Positions 12,264-25,546 are shown, counted from the first letter of the stretch. The stretch is 32,433 bases of DNA from Chiloscyllium plagiosum (GCF_004010195.1 NC_057754.1:3940746-3973178), one strand, 5' to 3'. Program-made: numbers and translations. The notes: generated by a model not told the origin, from the sequence alone.

Positions 12264-14355
12264 TATAGAACATTACAGCGCAGTACAGGCCCTTCAGCTC
12301 TCGATGTTGTGCCGACCTGTGGAGCCAATCTGAAGCCCATTGAACCTACACTATTCCATTCTCATCCGTATGTTTATCCAATGACCATTTAAATGCCCTT
12401 AAAGTTGGCGAGTCTACAACTGTTGCAGACAGTGCTCTCCACGCCCCTACTACTCTCTGAGTAAAGAAACTACCTCTGACATCTGTCCGATATCTATCAC
12501 CGCTCAATTTAAAGCAATGTCCCCTCATGCTAGCCATCATCATCTGAGGAAAAAGGCTACCCTATAACCTGGTGTTGTGTGATTTTTAACGTTGTAATCC
12601 TCTGATCATCTTGTCTGTCTCTATCAAGTCACCTCTTTACCTTCTTCCTTTTAATGAAAACAGCCTCAAGTCCCTCAGCCTTTCTTCATAAGACCTTCCC
12701 TCCATACCAGGCAACATCCTAGTAAATCTCCTCTGAACCCTTTCCAATGCTTCCACATCCTCCCTATAATGCGGTGACCAGAACTGTACACAGTACTCCA
12801 AGTGTGGCCACACCAGAATTTAGTACAGCTGCCACATGACCTCATGGCTCCAAAACTCAATCCCTCTCCCAATAAAAGACATATCGTAGCCTTCTTAACA
12901 ACCCTATCAACCTGGGCGGCAACCTTCAGGGATCTATGCACATAGACACCAAGATCTCTCTGCTTATCTATACTACCAAGAATCTTATCATTAGCCCAGT
13001 ACTCCTGTTACTCCTTCCAAAGTGAATCACCTCACACTTTTCCAAATTAAATTGCATTTGCCACCTTGCAGCCCAGCTCTGCAGCTTATCTATGTTCCAC
13101 TATAACCTGCAACATTCTTCCACACTATCCACAACTCCACCGACCTTAGTGTCATCTGCAAATTTACTAACCCATCCTTCTACACCCTCATCCAGGTCTT
13201 TTATAAAAATGACAAACAGCAGTGGCCCCAAAACATATCCTTGCGGTACACCACTAGTAACTGAACTCCAGGATGAACATTTCCCATCAACCATCACCCT
13301 CTGTCTTCTTTCAGCTAACCAATTTCTGATCCAAGCCACTAAATCACGTTCAATCCCATGCCTCCGTATATTGTACAATAGGCTACCGTGGGGAACCTTA
13401 TCAAACACTTTACTGAAATCCATATGCACCACATCCACCACTTTACCCTTGTCCATCTGTTCGGTCAGCTTCTCAAAGAGTTCAATAAGGTTTGTGAGGC
13501 GCGACCTATCCTTCACGAAACCGTGTTGACTAATCAAATTATTCCTGTCTAGATGATGATAAATACCATCTCTTATAATCCTTTCCAACACCTTACCCAC
13601 AACCGGAGTAAGGCTCACTGGTCTGTAATTCCCAGGGTTGTCTCTACTCCCCTTCTGGAACAAGGGGACAACATTTGCTATCCTCCAGTCTTCTGGTACT
13701 GCTCTTGCAGACAATGACGACATAAAGATCAAAGCCAAAGGCTCGGCAATCTCCTCCCTAGCTTCCCAGAGAATCCTACGATAAATCCCATTTGGCCCAG
13801 GGGACTTTTCTATTTCCACACTTTGCCGAATTGCGAACATCTTCTCCTTATGAACCTCAATCCCGTAATAGCCCGTATCTCAGTATTCTCCTTGACAACA
13901 TTGTCTCTTCCCTGTGTGAATACTGACAAAAAATATTCATTTAGCACCTCTCCTATCTCTTCGGACTGTACTCTCAACTTCCTGGAACTGTCCTTAACAG
14001 GCCATAATCGTACTCTAGTCATTCTTTTATTCCGGACATACCGAGAGAAAGCTTTAGGGTTTTCCTTGATCCTACCTGTCAATGACTTTGCATGTTCCCT
14101 CACGGCTCCTCTTAGCTCTCTCTTTCGGCCCTTCCTGGCTAACTTGTAACTCTCACCTGCCCTAACTGAGCCTTCACGTCTCATCTTTACATAAGCCTCC
14201 TTCTTCCTTTCGACAAGAGATGCAACTTCTTCCATAAACCGTGGTTCCCTCACTCGACCACCTCCTCCCTGCCTGACAGGCACGTACTTATCAAGGAGAT
14301 GCTGTAGCTGTTCCTTGAACAAGCTCCACATTTCAATTGTGCCCACCCCCTGCAT
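12264..14355 (-). mobile_element. CR1/HER1 LINE, 5'-truncated about 2.1 kb, frameshifted reverse transcriptase ORF2
   Basis: ORFs 13810..14355, 13100..13840 ([50 protein letters not shown]), 12675..12941 and 12346..12543, broken by frameshifts. Confidence 0.95.
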
Positions 14356-14535
14356 GGCGTTAGATACGGAGTAAATCTGTCTCTATGCTTTTAAAATGGA
14401 AGTAAAGCTGCCACATTTACATTGTCCCCATCAAAGAGCCCCAGGACAGGTACAGCATGGGATTGTGTATAGCGTAAAGCTCCCACATCTGTGTTGTCCA
14501 GTCGGAGAGTTGTGGCCCTCTCTTGTCCTTTTGTC

Positions 14536-15240
14536 TCATAGTCATACAGCCTGGAAATAAACAGTTTGATCCAACCAGTCCAGGCTGACCGTGATCCCAA
14601 ACTGAACTAGTCCCACCTGCCTGCTCCTGGCCCATATCCCCTCCAAGCCCTTTCCTATTTATGAGCTTATCCAAATGGCTTTTCAAAGTTGTAACTGTAC
14701 CCACATTCACCACTTCCTCTGGCAGTTCATTCCACACACAAACCACTCTGTGTTTAAAAAAAGAAAAGTTGTCCCTCATGTCCTTTTTAAGTCTATCTCC
14801 TCTCACCTTAAAAATATGCCCTCTAGTTTTGAGGTCCTTGCCATTCACTTTATCCCTGCCTCTTATTTAATTAACCTCATTAAAGTCACCCCTCAATCTC
14901 CTAGTCTCCAGTGGGGAAAAAAAGTCCCAGCCAATCCAGTCTATTTTTATAACTCAAACCTTACATTCCTGACAACATCCTGGTAAATCTTTACTGACCC
15001 CTCTCCAGTTTAATAATATCCTTCCTATAGCAGGGTGACCAGAACTGCACACATTATTCCAGAAGAGGCCTCACCAATGTCCTGTACGACCTCAACATTA
15101 CGTCCTAACTCCTGTACTCAAAGGACTGAGCAATGAAGTCAAGCGTGCTAAATGCCTTCCTAACTTCAAAGAATTATGTCCCTGAGCCCTTAGGTCTCTC
15201 TGTTCTCCAACTCTACCCAGGGCCCTACCATTAATTGTGT
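14536..15240 (-). mobile_element. CR1/HER1 LINE 3' fragment with internal deletions
   Basis: ORF 14417..14848(-) KTRGHIFKVRGDRLKKDMRDNF...WNELPEEVV. Confidence 0.88.
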
Positions 15241-15706
15241 TCTCTGCGACTATCTGCATGGGATTGCTGTGAACTGTTGTACTCTGTGGAGGCTTGAACT
15301 TTGGGCCCAGACCCGCAGATGTGAGCCTGCCCTTCATTCTGTATCCTGGCTGAATGGGGAGAATGTGGGTGACCTTTACTATGTAACTGCACAATGCATC
15401 CCCAGTGCTTCAGATTTAAAATCCTCCGTCTTGTTTTCAAAGCTGTCCATGGTTTGCGTCTCTCCCATTCACCGTGACCTCTTTGCAGTCCAACAGACCC
15501 TTTGTGGCTGATGTTGCTCCAATTCTGGCAAACGGTGAATTACTGTACCCTTGACAGCGATGCTTTCAGCTTCCTAGACATTAACATCCCCATCGAAACC
15601 CCCTGCTGATATTTAACACACGCCTTCCAACCAATCCCTTTGCCCAAGCTTGATCACTTGACCTGATATTTCAGTATATAACTCCATTTTAGAATACTTT
15701 GTATAA

Positions 15707-16690
15707 TTCTGGTCGCCCTGCTATAGGAAGGAGGTTGTTAAACTAGAAAGGATTTGGCACGATGGCTCAGTGGTTAGCCCTGCTGCCTTACAGCTCAAGG
15801 GACCCAGATTTGATTCCACCCTCAGGCGACTGTTTGTGTGAAGTGCACATTATCTGCCTGGGGTTTCCTTCAGGTGCCCCATTTTCTTTTTAGATTAGAT
15901 TCCCTACAGTGTGGAAACAGGCCCTTCGGCCCAACAAGTCCACATTGACCCTCTGAAGAGTAACCCACCCCGACCCATTCCTCTCTGACTAATGCACCTA
16001 ACACTATGGGCAATTTAGAATGGCCAATTTACCCATCCTGCAAATCTTTGTTTCCTCCCACAGTTCAAAGATGTGCAGGTTAGGGTGGTTTGGCCATGGT
16101 GTCCAATGATGTGGTGGCTAGGTGGCTTAACCATGGGAAATGCAGGGTTACAGGGATAGGGTCTGGGTGGGATGCTTTTGGAGAGCTGGTGTAGACCCGA
16201 TGGGCCGAATAGTCTGCTTCCACACTGTAGGGATTCTGTGACACATTTTTAAAAAAGATTTACATGTATGTTGCTGGGAGTGGATGGTTTGAGTCATTAG
16301 GAAAGGCTGGATAGACTAGAACTTTATTCCACAGAACATCACAGGCTGAGGGCTGGCCCTATAGAGGTTTATAAAAACATGAGCTGTGTAGCCAAGGCCT
16401 TTTCCCCAGGGTAGTGGAGTCCAAAACTAGAGGGCACAGGTTTAAGGTGAGAGGTGTAAGATTTAAAATGGAACTAAGAGGCAACTTTTTAACGCAGAGA
16501 GTGGTGCATGTCTGGAATGAGGCAGTGGTGGAGGCTGGTACAATGACAACATTTAAAAGGCATCTGGATGGGTACATGAATGGGAAGGGTTTAGAGGGAT
16601 ACGGGCCAAATGGGAGCAGATGAATTTAAGATAGTTGGTCATCATGGACGGGTTGGACCGAAGGGTTGGTTTCCGTCCTCTGTGACTTTC
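15707..16690 (+). mobile_element. CR1/HER1 LINE 3' fragment interrupted by nested SINEs
   Basis: ttctggtcgccctgctataggaagg...aaactagaaagg (15707..15752) resumes as aaaagatttaca...tgttgctggg near 16252; ORF 16414..16623 TRGHRFKVRG. Confidence 0.82.
15757..16240 (+). mobile_element. HE1-type SINE inserted in CR1, itself carrying an antisense SINE 3' fragment (about 15890..16050)
   Basis: Head ggcacgatggctcagtggttagc, tail ttccacactgtagggattct; internal tagattagattccctacagtgtggaaac is the reverse complement of such a tail. Confidence 0.82.
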
Positions 16691-16721
16691 TGCTAAAACC
16701 CCTGGGAAATGCCTCTGATGA

Positions 16722-17024
<303 letters not shown>

Positions 17025-17354
17025 TGACTTGCTTTTTGATATAAGAGCCACTATGTGGCAGTTTACTCCGGGACCCCTGACTAGGGATGGGGGTTAAATG
17101 TATTGGGTTAACGAGTATACATCAAAATCCACAGCTGAGAAATGCACCATTTAATTGAATAGGTCTATGTGGGGATTTGTGTACCATACCGAGCACCTCC
17201 CAACACCTCTTCAATAAACCTATCAACCTGTCCATTCCTTCCTCTGTTGTTGTGTCTCTATCCATCTTTCCTTAAATGTATCTATACTGCTCACACCAAC
17301 CTGTGGTAGTGAGTTCCACATTCTCACCACTGTGTGAACAGGTTCCTCCCAAAT

Positions 17355-17862
17355 TGGCCGCCCTGCTATCGGAAGGATATTATTAAGCTGGAGAGGGTTC
17401 AGAAGAGCTTGCCCAGGATGTTGACCAGGAATGGAGGGTTTGAGTTATAAGGAGAGGCTGGGACTTCTTTCCCTGAAGTGTTGAAGGTTGAGGGCTGACC
17501 TTGTAGAGATTTACAAAACCATGAGGTGGATAGGTAAGGTGAATGGCAGGTGTCTTTTCTCTAGGCTGGGGGATTTCTAGAAGAGGGGGTATATTTTTAA
17601 GGTGACAGGAGAAAGATTTATAAAGGTCATGGGGACAATTTGTTTTATGTAGGATGGTTCATGTGTGCAATGAACTTCCAGAGGAAGTGCTGGATGGGGG
17701 TACAGTTAGAATGTTCAAAAGACATTTGGATAAGGACATGGATAGGAAAGGGTTTGGAGGGATAAGGCAGGAGCAGGCAGGTGGTTTGGGATTATGGGCG
17801 GCATGGACTGGTTGAGCCGAAGGGTCTGTTCCCATGCTGTGTGGCTGTATGACTATAATCAT
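17355..17862 (+). mobile_element. CR1/HER1 LINE 3' end
   Basis: ccctgctatcggaaggatattattaagctggagagggttcagaagag...aatgaacttccagaggaagtg...ttcaaaagacatttgga. Confidence 0.85.
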
Positions 17863-18699
17863 TCAGTGACTGTTTGCATCACTGACTGTCAGTCTTTGTC
17901 TCCCTCAAAAACCCAACAATTCCTCTAATTCTAGCCCAATGCTTCCCAACCTTGTGCACTCTCCCTCTCTGACTCCAAAGAGCCCTCAGTGAGGCTTAAC
18001 AGAGCGGAAGAGAAGGGAACAAGACCTATTGGGGGAGAAATTGCTTCAAAATACAAGCCTAAAATTTCAGCCTCTGACCTTCTCTTGGGCTCCTGACTCC
18101 CTCTTTGGGAAGCATTGTTTTGAAATCTATCAGGTCAGCTCCCTGCTTACGCTTCCCCAGGGGTAAAAGCCTGAGTCTGTTCAGTATTTCCTGATAGCTG
18201 CTCAGTTCGGGAATGATAATGTAAACCCTTTCTCCTGGCTCAGTTTTTTCACGTACTTCCCTCAGTCCTACTGAGGCCGAACAAGTGCTGCCCAAGGGCC
18301 AGTCGGGGATTGATTGTGACACCTTCTTTATGTTGAACAGCCTGTTGCCTCTTGATGACTGGACTCTGCACACAAAAGACGGCAGTTTGGATGTGGCGGT
18401 GGAGGGTTGTTGCTGTTGCGTGTGGGGCTGTGCTCGCATCCAGCACAAGTTTGGGGAATGGGGGAGAAGGAAGTATTTTAGTGACTTCATCAGAGGATTG
18501 TCCCGACTCAGTGAGGCAGTGCACCAGTAATTACACCTCCACTGTTCCTGGAGTCGTCACAAATGTGAATTCATATAACCCACTGAATAGTCCAATTTCA
18601 CCTGTCTAATTCAGGTTAAAAGAATGTGCCACACCAGGAGTTTTATCTTATGAAGAAAATCGCTATTTATTGTCATCAGATTGTTTTTAATCACCTGGG

Positions 18700-19032
18700 G
18701 GGGGCACGGTGGCTCAGTGGTTAGCACTGCTGCCTCACAGCACCAGGGACCTGGGTTCAAACTCCCTCTGTTTGTGTACAATTTGCATGTTCTCCCCGTG
18801 TCTGCGTGGGGTTTCCTCCGGGTGCTCCAATTTCCTCCCACAGTCCAAAGCTGTACAGGTTAAGGTGGAATGGCTAAATTACCTATAGTTTCCAGGGATG
18901 TGTAGGCTTAGGTGGATTAGCCATGGGAAATGCAGGGTTACAGTGATTGGGTAGGGGGAGTGGATCGGGATGGGTCAATGTGGATTCGATGGGCCAAATG
19001 TCCTGTTTCCACACTGTAGGGATCCTGTGATT
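18700..19032 (+). mobile_element. HE1-type SINE
   Basis: ggcacggtggctcagtggttagcactgctgcctcacagc...gggttcaaactcc head; gtttccacactgtaggga tail. Confidence 0.88.
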
Positions 19033-19502
19033 CAATGGCAGGTGAGTAAAGTGAATGACTAACTTCTAAGCCTGTAACATAAGCTTAACCCCCTTTGTAA
19101 AATTCCCGTACATATACAAACAAGTACACGTATTGTATATAGTTTCCTTGGCTTAAAACAGTGTCTTTTCCCAATTTCCCACGTCCACAGTCCAGAAACG
19201 AAACGGGTGGTCTTTCCGAGATGCATGCTGGGTGAATTCTCAATTATTAAAACACTGCTCTCCTCATATTTAAATCTGCACATATGTGCTGGTGAGGTGA
19301 AGGCAGCAATTTGAGAGGATAGCATTAAGACAGGTCTGCCATGATTGAGTTGAATTGTGGGGCGGGTGGTGAAGTGGAGAGGCTGAATGGCCTCCGTTTA
19401 TTGCTATAGAAAGATACCGCTGGTTTTAGAGCTGTGACCCCATAAACAAACGGTGGGGCTGTCCCTCTATCTTACTGAGCCACTGATCCTTTGCACTATT
19501 AG

Positions 19503-19736
<234 letters not shown>

Positions 19737-20212
19737 TGAAGGATTTCCTGACTGAGGTGCGATTACGTGTGTGGGCGATTCAGCCCCTCGAGCCTGCTGG
19801 GCCGTTGGATAAGGGTGTAACTAGTCTGGCTGTGATCCCAACTCACGTCCTTGGCCATTGTCCAGTCTGCCCTTTGTTTCTTGGCTGACGAGGGGGTACG
19901 TCTGTCTCTGTCATAAGTGTGTTCCACTCACCTCTCTGTCGAAACCCCAATGGACCCAACTTGTCCCATAAGGTGACCTTCCTGCTGTTTCCATCCCCCT
20001 CCAACCGCCTCCTCCCCCAGATATCCGTTGCAGATGCACAGCAGGATCCCACAGCATGGGGGCCGTTCCAGCAGCAGAACTGCTGGCCCTGGGCTCTGCG
20101 AGAAAACTCCCTCTGCCCTCCTCCGACAGTTGTGGGATATTTGAAGCTTCAGATGGACACGGGCTCTGTTCAAAGTTCCATCTGACTTGCGGCACTACCA
20201 ACCCTAACCCGA

Positions 20213-20550
20213 CGGCTTAGTGACGTTACCGGTGGCCTGTTAATCCAGAGACCCAGGTGGTGTTCTTAAGGACCCGGGTTCAAATCCCGCTACAGCCAAT
20301 GTAGAATTTGAATTCCGTAAAAATCTGGAATTAAGAATCTAATGATGACCACGAATCAGTTATCGATTGTCAGGGAGAAACCCATCTGGTTCACTGATGT
20401 CCTTTAGGGAAGGAAGCTATCATCCTTACCTGGTCTGGGCCTACGTGTGACTCCAGACCCACAGTGATGCGATTGACACTTAACTGCCCCTCTCTTGGAT
20501 GGATGGTAAATGCCAGCTCAGCCAAGGACACTGTCACCTGGTGAATGAAT
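20213..20550 (+). mobile_element. tRNA-derived SINE (second family)
   Basis: B-box gggttcaaatccc; body shared with 7088..7390; tail gtgaatgaatga. Confidence 0.68.
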
Positions 20551-20646
20551 GACTGACAGCCCGCCCCCACCCCTCCAACATTCTGACACCATTCATATTC
20601 CAGAAATCTGCAGAGTTATTAACCGCGATTTCTCTTTTCTGTGTGA

Positions 20647-20865
<219 letters not shown>

Positions 20866-21710
20866 TGACCTTCTGTGTTCCTTGTTTTGTGAGCTGGATA
20901 GGTTATTTGACTGCCATGGTATAGATAGTCTCTCCCCTCCACCTTCCTAGTGATCACGCGCTGGCCCCTAGGTAAGGCAAGTACGGTAGCATGTTATTGT
21001 GGCAAATGGAGCAACAGTCCCTTTGATCACCTGCACTTTCCAGTTCAACATAAAGTTGCTAGACGTTGGAGATCTTGGCATTCCTGAGCAACGTGGCCAT
21101 CCATCACAAAAGAACAGGAGGAGAACCCCTCCAGCGCCTTCCTCCTGTTCTGCCATTCGGTTTGATCAGAATCTGAATTCCATCCACGGGCCTTTGTTTA
21201 ATAACACTCAACTTGTCGTTGGACGAGGCTATTATTTTGTTTAATCTGGGTTTAAATTTTCGGTTAATGGCCACCCCTAGTCACAACAGTGTTTAGGGTG
21301 GAGTTTGTGGCATGTGGGTGGGCCAGTATTCATCGCCCCTTGAGAAGGTAGAGAAGTGCTTTCTGACCTTATCCCTGCCTCTAACGATTAGGTCACTGCC
21401 TCCACTCAACCATGCGCCCATTTTGACTCTCCTCACCAGAGGGGAAATAGCTTCCCCTTTCTCGATCAAAGCACCTTTTAAACCTCGTGTACTTGAGAAT
21501 CCACGGTCAGTAACGTAACCCCAGTGCAGCTCAGTCGCATGCTGTCAGATTGAGTGGAGGAGCGTGGCTAGATGTCTCTCTCCCATTTCCATTTCATCCC
21601 AGGATAGATCGCTAAGCACAGACAGCAGCATGTCAAATAATCTCTGCTCCTTGTTTGTTTTTCTTTCTTTCTTGTTTTTCTTTATTTTGGGGGAAAAAAA
21701 TAATTCCCAG

Positions 21711-21871
21711 TTGGATTTTCTGGATCAGGAATCTCTCCACGAATCCCAGGAAAACACGCTCATGATTGAAGAGAAGAGCAGGAACAAGCAGTACTACAAA
21801 TTCTGGCTGCTGCCCTGGAAGTGGATGCGAATTCGTTACGACAGACTGGCACTGCAGGCTTTGTTGGACAG
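21711..21871 (+). CDS. PCNX3: PCNX3 exon 11 (LDFLDQESLHESQENTLMIEEKSRNKQYYKFWLLPWKWMRIRYDRLALQALLDR), phase 0/2; alternative starts at 21729 and 21750
   Basis: long pyrimidine tract, cccag acceptor, CAG|gtttgg donor, 161 nt; YDRLAL.ALLDR motif. Confidence 0.88.
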
Positions 21872-21920
21872 GTTTGGCGGGAAGGGAGGGGTATCGCGAT
21901 CTGTACTGAGTGCCTTTGAA

Positions 21921-22245
21921 ACATATAGAACATAGACAAGTACAGCACAGAACAGGCCCTTTGGCCCACGATGTTGTGCTGAGATTTAATCCTAATGTAA
22001 AATATAGTAACAACCTACGCACCCCTCAACTCGTCTGCTCTCCATGTGCATGTCCAGCAGTCACTTAAATGTCCCCAATGACTCTGCTTCCACCACCACC
22101 GCTGGCAACGCATTCCATGCATTCACAACTCTCTGCGTAAAGAACCTACCTCTGACGTCTCCTTTATACCTTCCTCCTAATATCTTCAGACTATGACTCC
22201 TCGTACCCAGTCAATCCTGCCCTGGGGAAATGTCTCTGGCTATTG
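21921..22245 (-). mobile_element. CR1 LINE 3' end
   Basis: atagaacatag tail; ggcaacgcattccatgcattcacaactctctgcgtaaagaacctacc (reverse translates GRFFTQRVVNAWNALP). Confidence 0.85.
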
Positions 22246-23580
22246 AGGACTTGGAGAAGTTGGCAGCCCCAGTAGTTTGTGCCCCACTGCCCAGCCGTTG
22301 ATGCTAATTTCAAACACCTGCTCTTGCGGGAATTGCGGCTGGATTTCCATCTCTGAATCCCGAATGGAAACCACTTATTTAGTCACTTTTTCCGATTTAG
22401 AAGCGCTGCGTTGGCCTCAAAGGCCGGTGGAGCATCTTGTGGACGTGAAAGGTACTTTAGCAATGCACGTCTTGCTCCACATTGGGACGAACCCGGCTCT
22501 GAGCCTCTCAATGGAAGACCCTGCATTTGTGTGGCACTCCTCCAGACCGCCCACGGTGCCTTCGCAGCCAAAGTGGCATTGTAATGTCAGAATCACAGGA
22601 GTGCAGCAGCTAAGAGGAGGCCATTTGGCCCACTGTGTGTGTGTGTGTGCTGTCTCTCTGAGTGACTCTCTCTGTAACCCTGGATATGTGTCCTTTTCAA
22701 ATAACCGTCAAATTCCCCTTTCAAATACCCCACAGTTGAACCAGCCTTCACTAAACCTCCCAAGCCTGAACTTGTGTGAAAAATATTTTCCTCATATCTT
22801 TATTTTTGTTTCTTTCATTAATTAATTTGAAACCGTGCTGTCTTGATCGCTGTCACTTAACAAGCGGTAACCTTTCCTCCCTTTTACTTTGTCCCCAGGA
22901 TTTTTTAATACTTTCATCAGATCTCCTCTCAGCCTTCCGTTGTAACTGAAATTCCTCACTCAGCCATTCCTGTGAACCTCTCCTGCACTCTTTCCACGTC
23001 CTTCTTGTATCGGGGCATTCAGAACTGGATACGGTACTCCAGTGGCCTTTTTCTCCATGGCTATAAAACAGCAAAATGGTGTTGGTTGAGAGATGGATAT
23101 CAGTGAGTGCTCTGGTATGTTTGCAGGAGTGCAGCATTCCCTCATTGCCAGCGCACGCCTGCCAGAGTACTCCCCTCCTGCCGTGCAGTAAAGTGCGATC
23201 CTGGAGGGGAGAGAGCTGCTGCACTGTTTGAGAGGAGGTTGTACAATCGCTGAGACTCCTGGTTTCTCACTGCGTGGGTACACTACTTGGGCCTTGAAGC
23301 TGTCCGGCTTACCAGTCTGGTGCCGGCTTTCAAAAACACAATCCCAGCGTTTCCCTGCTGACCTCTGGTGCCGGGTAGGAATGGCACTCCACCCCTTGGT
23401 GCCCACACTCTGCAGGGCTGGCTGGCACCTCAGGAGTCTGGCTGGTGAGTGTGTCTCGTACACAAGCCTGACCCTGGCACTGTCCCCTCCTCTCACCGCC
23501 AGGGAAAGGGGCTGAAGTTCGTTTCCATTTCTAGTCTGTCCGTCCCTTTCTGTCACCCCACCCCCAGCAATTCTCCTTGA

Positions 23581-23940
<360 letters not shown>

Positions 23941-24102
23941 TGACAACACCGAAGTGGTGAATTCTCGAGAGGAATTCCGGAGCTCGGGACCGTGTAGTTT
24001 TAACGCCCCCCCCCCCCAATGGAGGAGTGATTGTGTAAACGTCCGGAATTGGGGGTGTGCAGAGACCTATGGGCTGGGTGAGGTTTCTGAGTATCTGCAG
24101 TA

Positions 24103-24310
24103 CAGGATGTTCTGCTGTACCACGCACTTTGTCAACACGACTTCGCTGTAACACGATTGACGAATTTCTATAGTGTGAACCTCTAAAAAGGCGTGTTGGC
24201 TGTAACGCAATTGCATCAGCAACCCCTTTAGCGCTGTTTCTAAAGTGCGATTTTTCTATAACGCGGGGTTGTACAAGAACACGACCGTCACATTATGGAA
24301 GAACTGACTG
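24103..24310. mobile_element. Tc1/mariner-superfamily (Tigger/pogo-like) MITE
   Basis: Flanked by TA on both sides; imperfect TIRs CAGgatGTTCTgctgTA ... TAtggaAGAACtgaCTG; internal taacgc/taacac motifs. Confidence 0.6.
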
Positions 24311-25179
24311 TATATATTTCCAGCTTGCCTTTTGAGTTTGCCCTAGTTGTTGAGCTGGTGCCCCTTGAAGAAGGCTGTTTTATGTTCCCTTTGTTTTGAT
24401 TTTGAAACAGCCAAGGGGGCACCTTTCGTTTCAGTGAGAAGCTGGGGTGGGGGTTACATGAGCAATTTGGATATGAAGTATTTCCAGATTTCAAGTCTGT
24501 GAGGAAAGCAGGTGAACAAGATTAGGTGCAAGTCAGAATATGGGCAATACAGGTTTATCTGGTCTCCTGTTTGCCAAAGATGAGGGATTCCATGAAATTC
24601 TGACTCCCGTACCCAATGCGATGTTGTTTAGCTCTGTTTATTTCTTCTTTTATGAGGAAGATTGTGAGGCTCTGTTAGCAGGCAGTCCACAGAGTGACTG
24701 ATACAGTCTGGATTCCAAAGAAATTCTAGAATTTGGATTCAGTGATGGAGGAGGAATGAGCATGGTGTATTACCATGAGCTCGTTCGCTGCCGTTATTCT
24801 CCTTGTTGGCATCCTGAAGGTAATGCCTGTAGCAGCCATGTTAGATACATTGCCTGTTACGCTGTACTTGGGCCCAGCTTGGATGTGCATCTCATCGTCA
24901 CTGGGGCAAATTTCTCCCATGGACTGCTCACCACACAGGAGTGACTGGGAGAGATGCTAAACTTGGGCATCGCTCGCAACATCCATATCCCGAGTCTGAA
25001 AGACCAGAGAAAAAGCTGTCTTGTAGCGTGGAGGTAGAGCTCCACCTCATTTGTCCTGCAGTAAATCAGTCGTACTGTTGGTTCACTGTTCTCTGTTTTA
25101 TTCAGCACACAACCTGCTGATGTGGGTTTGACCCATTTTCTATGGCCTCTCTCCCGATTAATTTTATTCTTGATCGAAA

Positions 25180-25358
25180 AGTGTGGTGCTGGAAAAGCAC
25201 AGCTGGTCAGGCAGCATCCGAGGAGCAGGAGAGTCGGGATGAAGAGATTATGCTCGAAATGTCGATTCCTGCTCCTCGGATGCTCCCCTGACCTGCTGTG
25301 CTTTTCCAGCACCCCACTCGACTCTGATCTCCAGCATCTGGGAATCCTCACTTTCTCC
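25180..25358. mobile_element. Fold-back Penelope-like terminal element
   Basis: Arms about 25180..25236 and 25263..25318 are inverted repeats; hammerhead-like remnant in the loop. Confidence 0.68.
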
Positions 25359-25513
25359 CTGTTTGTTCTTGATGGACTGAAAATATATCCTCCAGAGCTG
25401 AAGGGGGACCCTGCTCTCCCTCCCTCTCCGTCTGCGAATGTGCTTCAAGGAGTATACGTTTATTTATGTTTAAAACTGATGGTCATGTGCTTTTATCTTT
25501 TTTTTCCCCCCAG

Positions 25514-25546
25514 AGTGTTCAGCCTGATGCAGCCTCTCCGATGCAT
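25514..25546 (+). CDS. PCNX3: PCNX3 exon 13, 33-nt microexon (SVQPDAASPMH), phase 0/0
   Basis: T/C tract + cag acceptor, CAT|gtgagt donor; conserved SVQPD..SP.H motif. Confidence 0.93.

Noticed and set aside
13100..14355. Reverse transcriptase as an active or domesticated gene, or a retron-like system
   Set aside because: Ordinary CR1 ORF2, 5'-truncated, with no endonuclease domain and multiple frameshifts
18700..18775. tRNA genes at the SINE heads (also near 10510, 12124, 15757, 31215)
   Set aside because: A/B boxes run straight into SINE body and LINE-like tail; no complete cloverleaf
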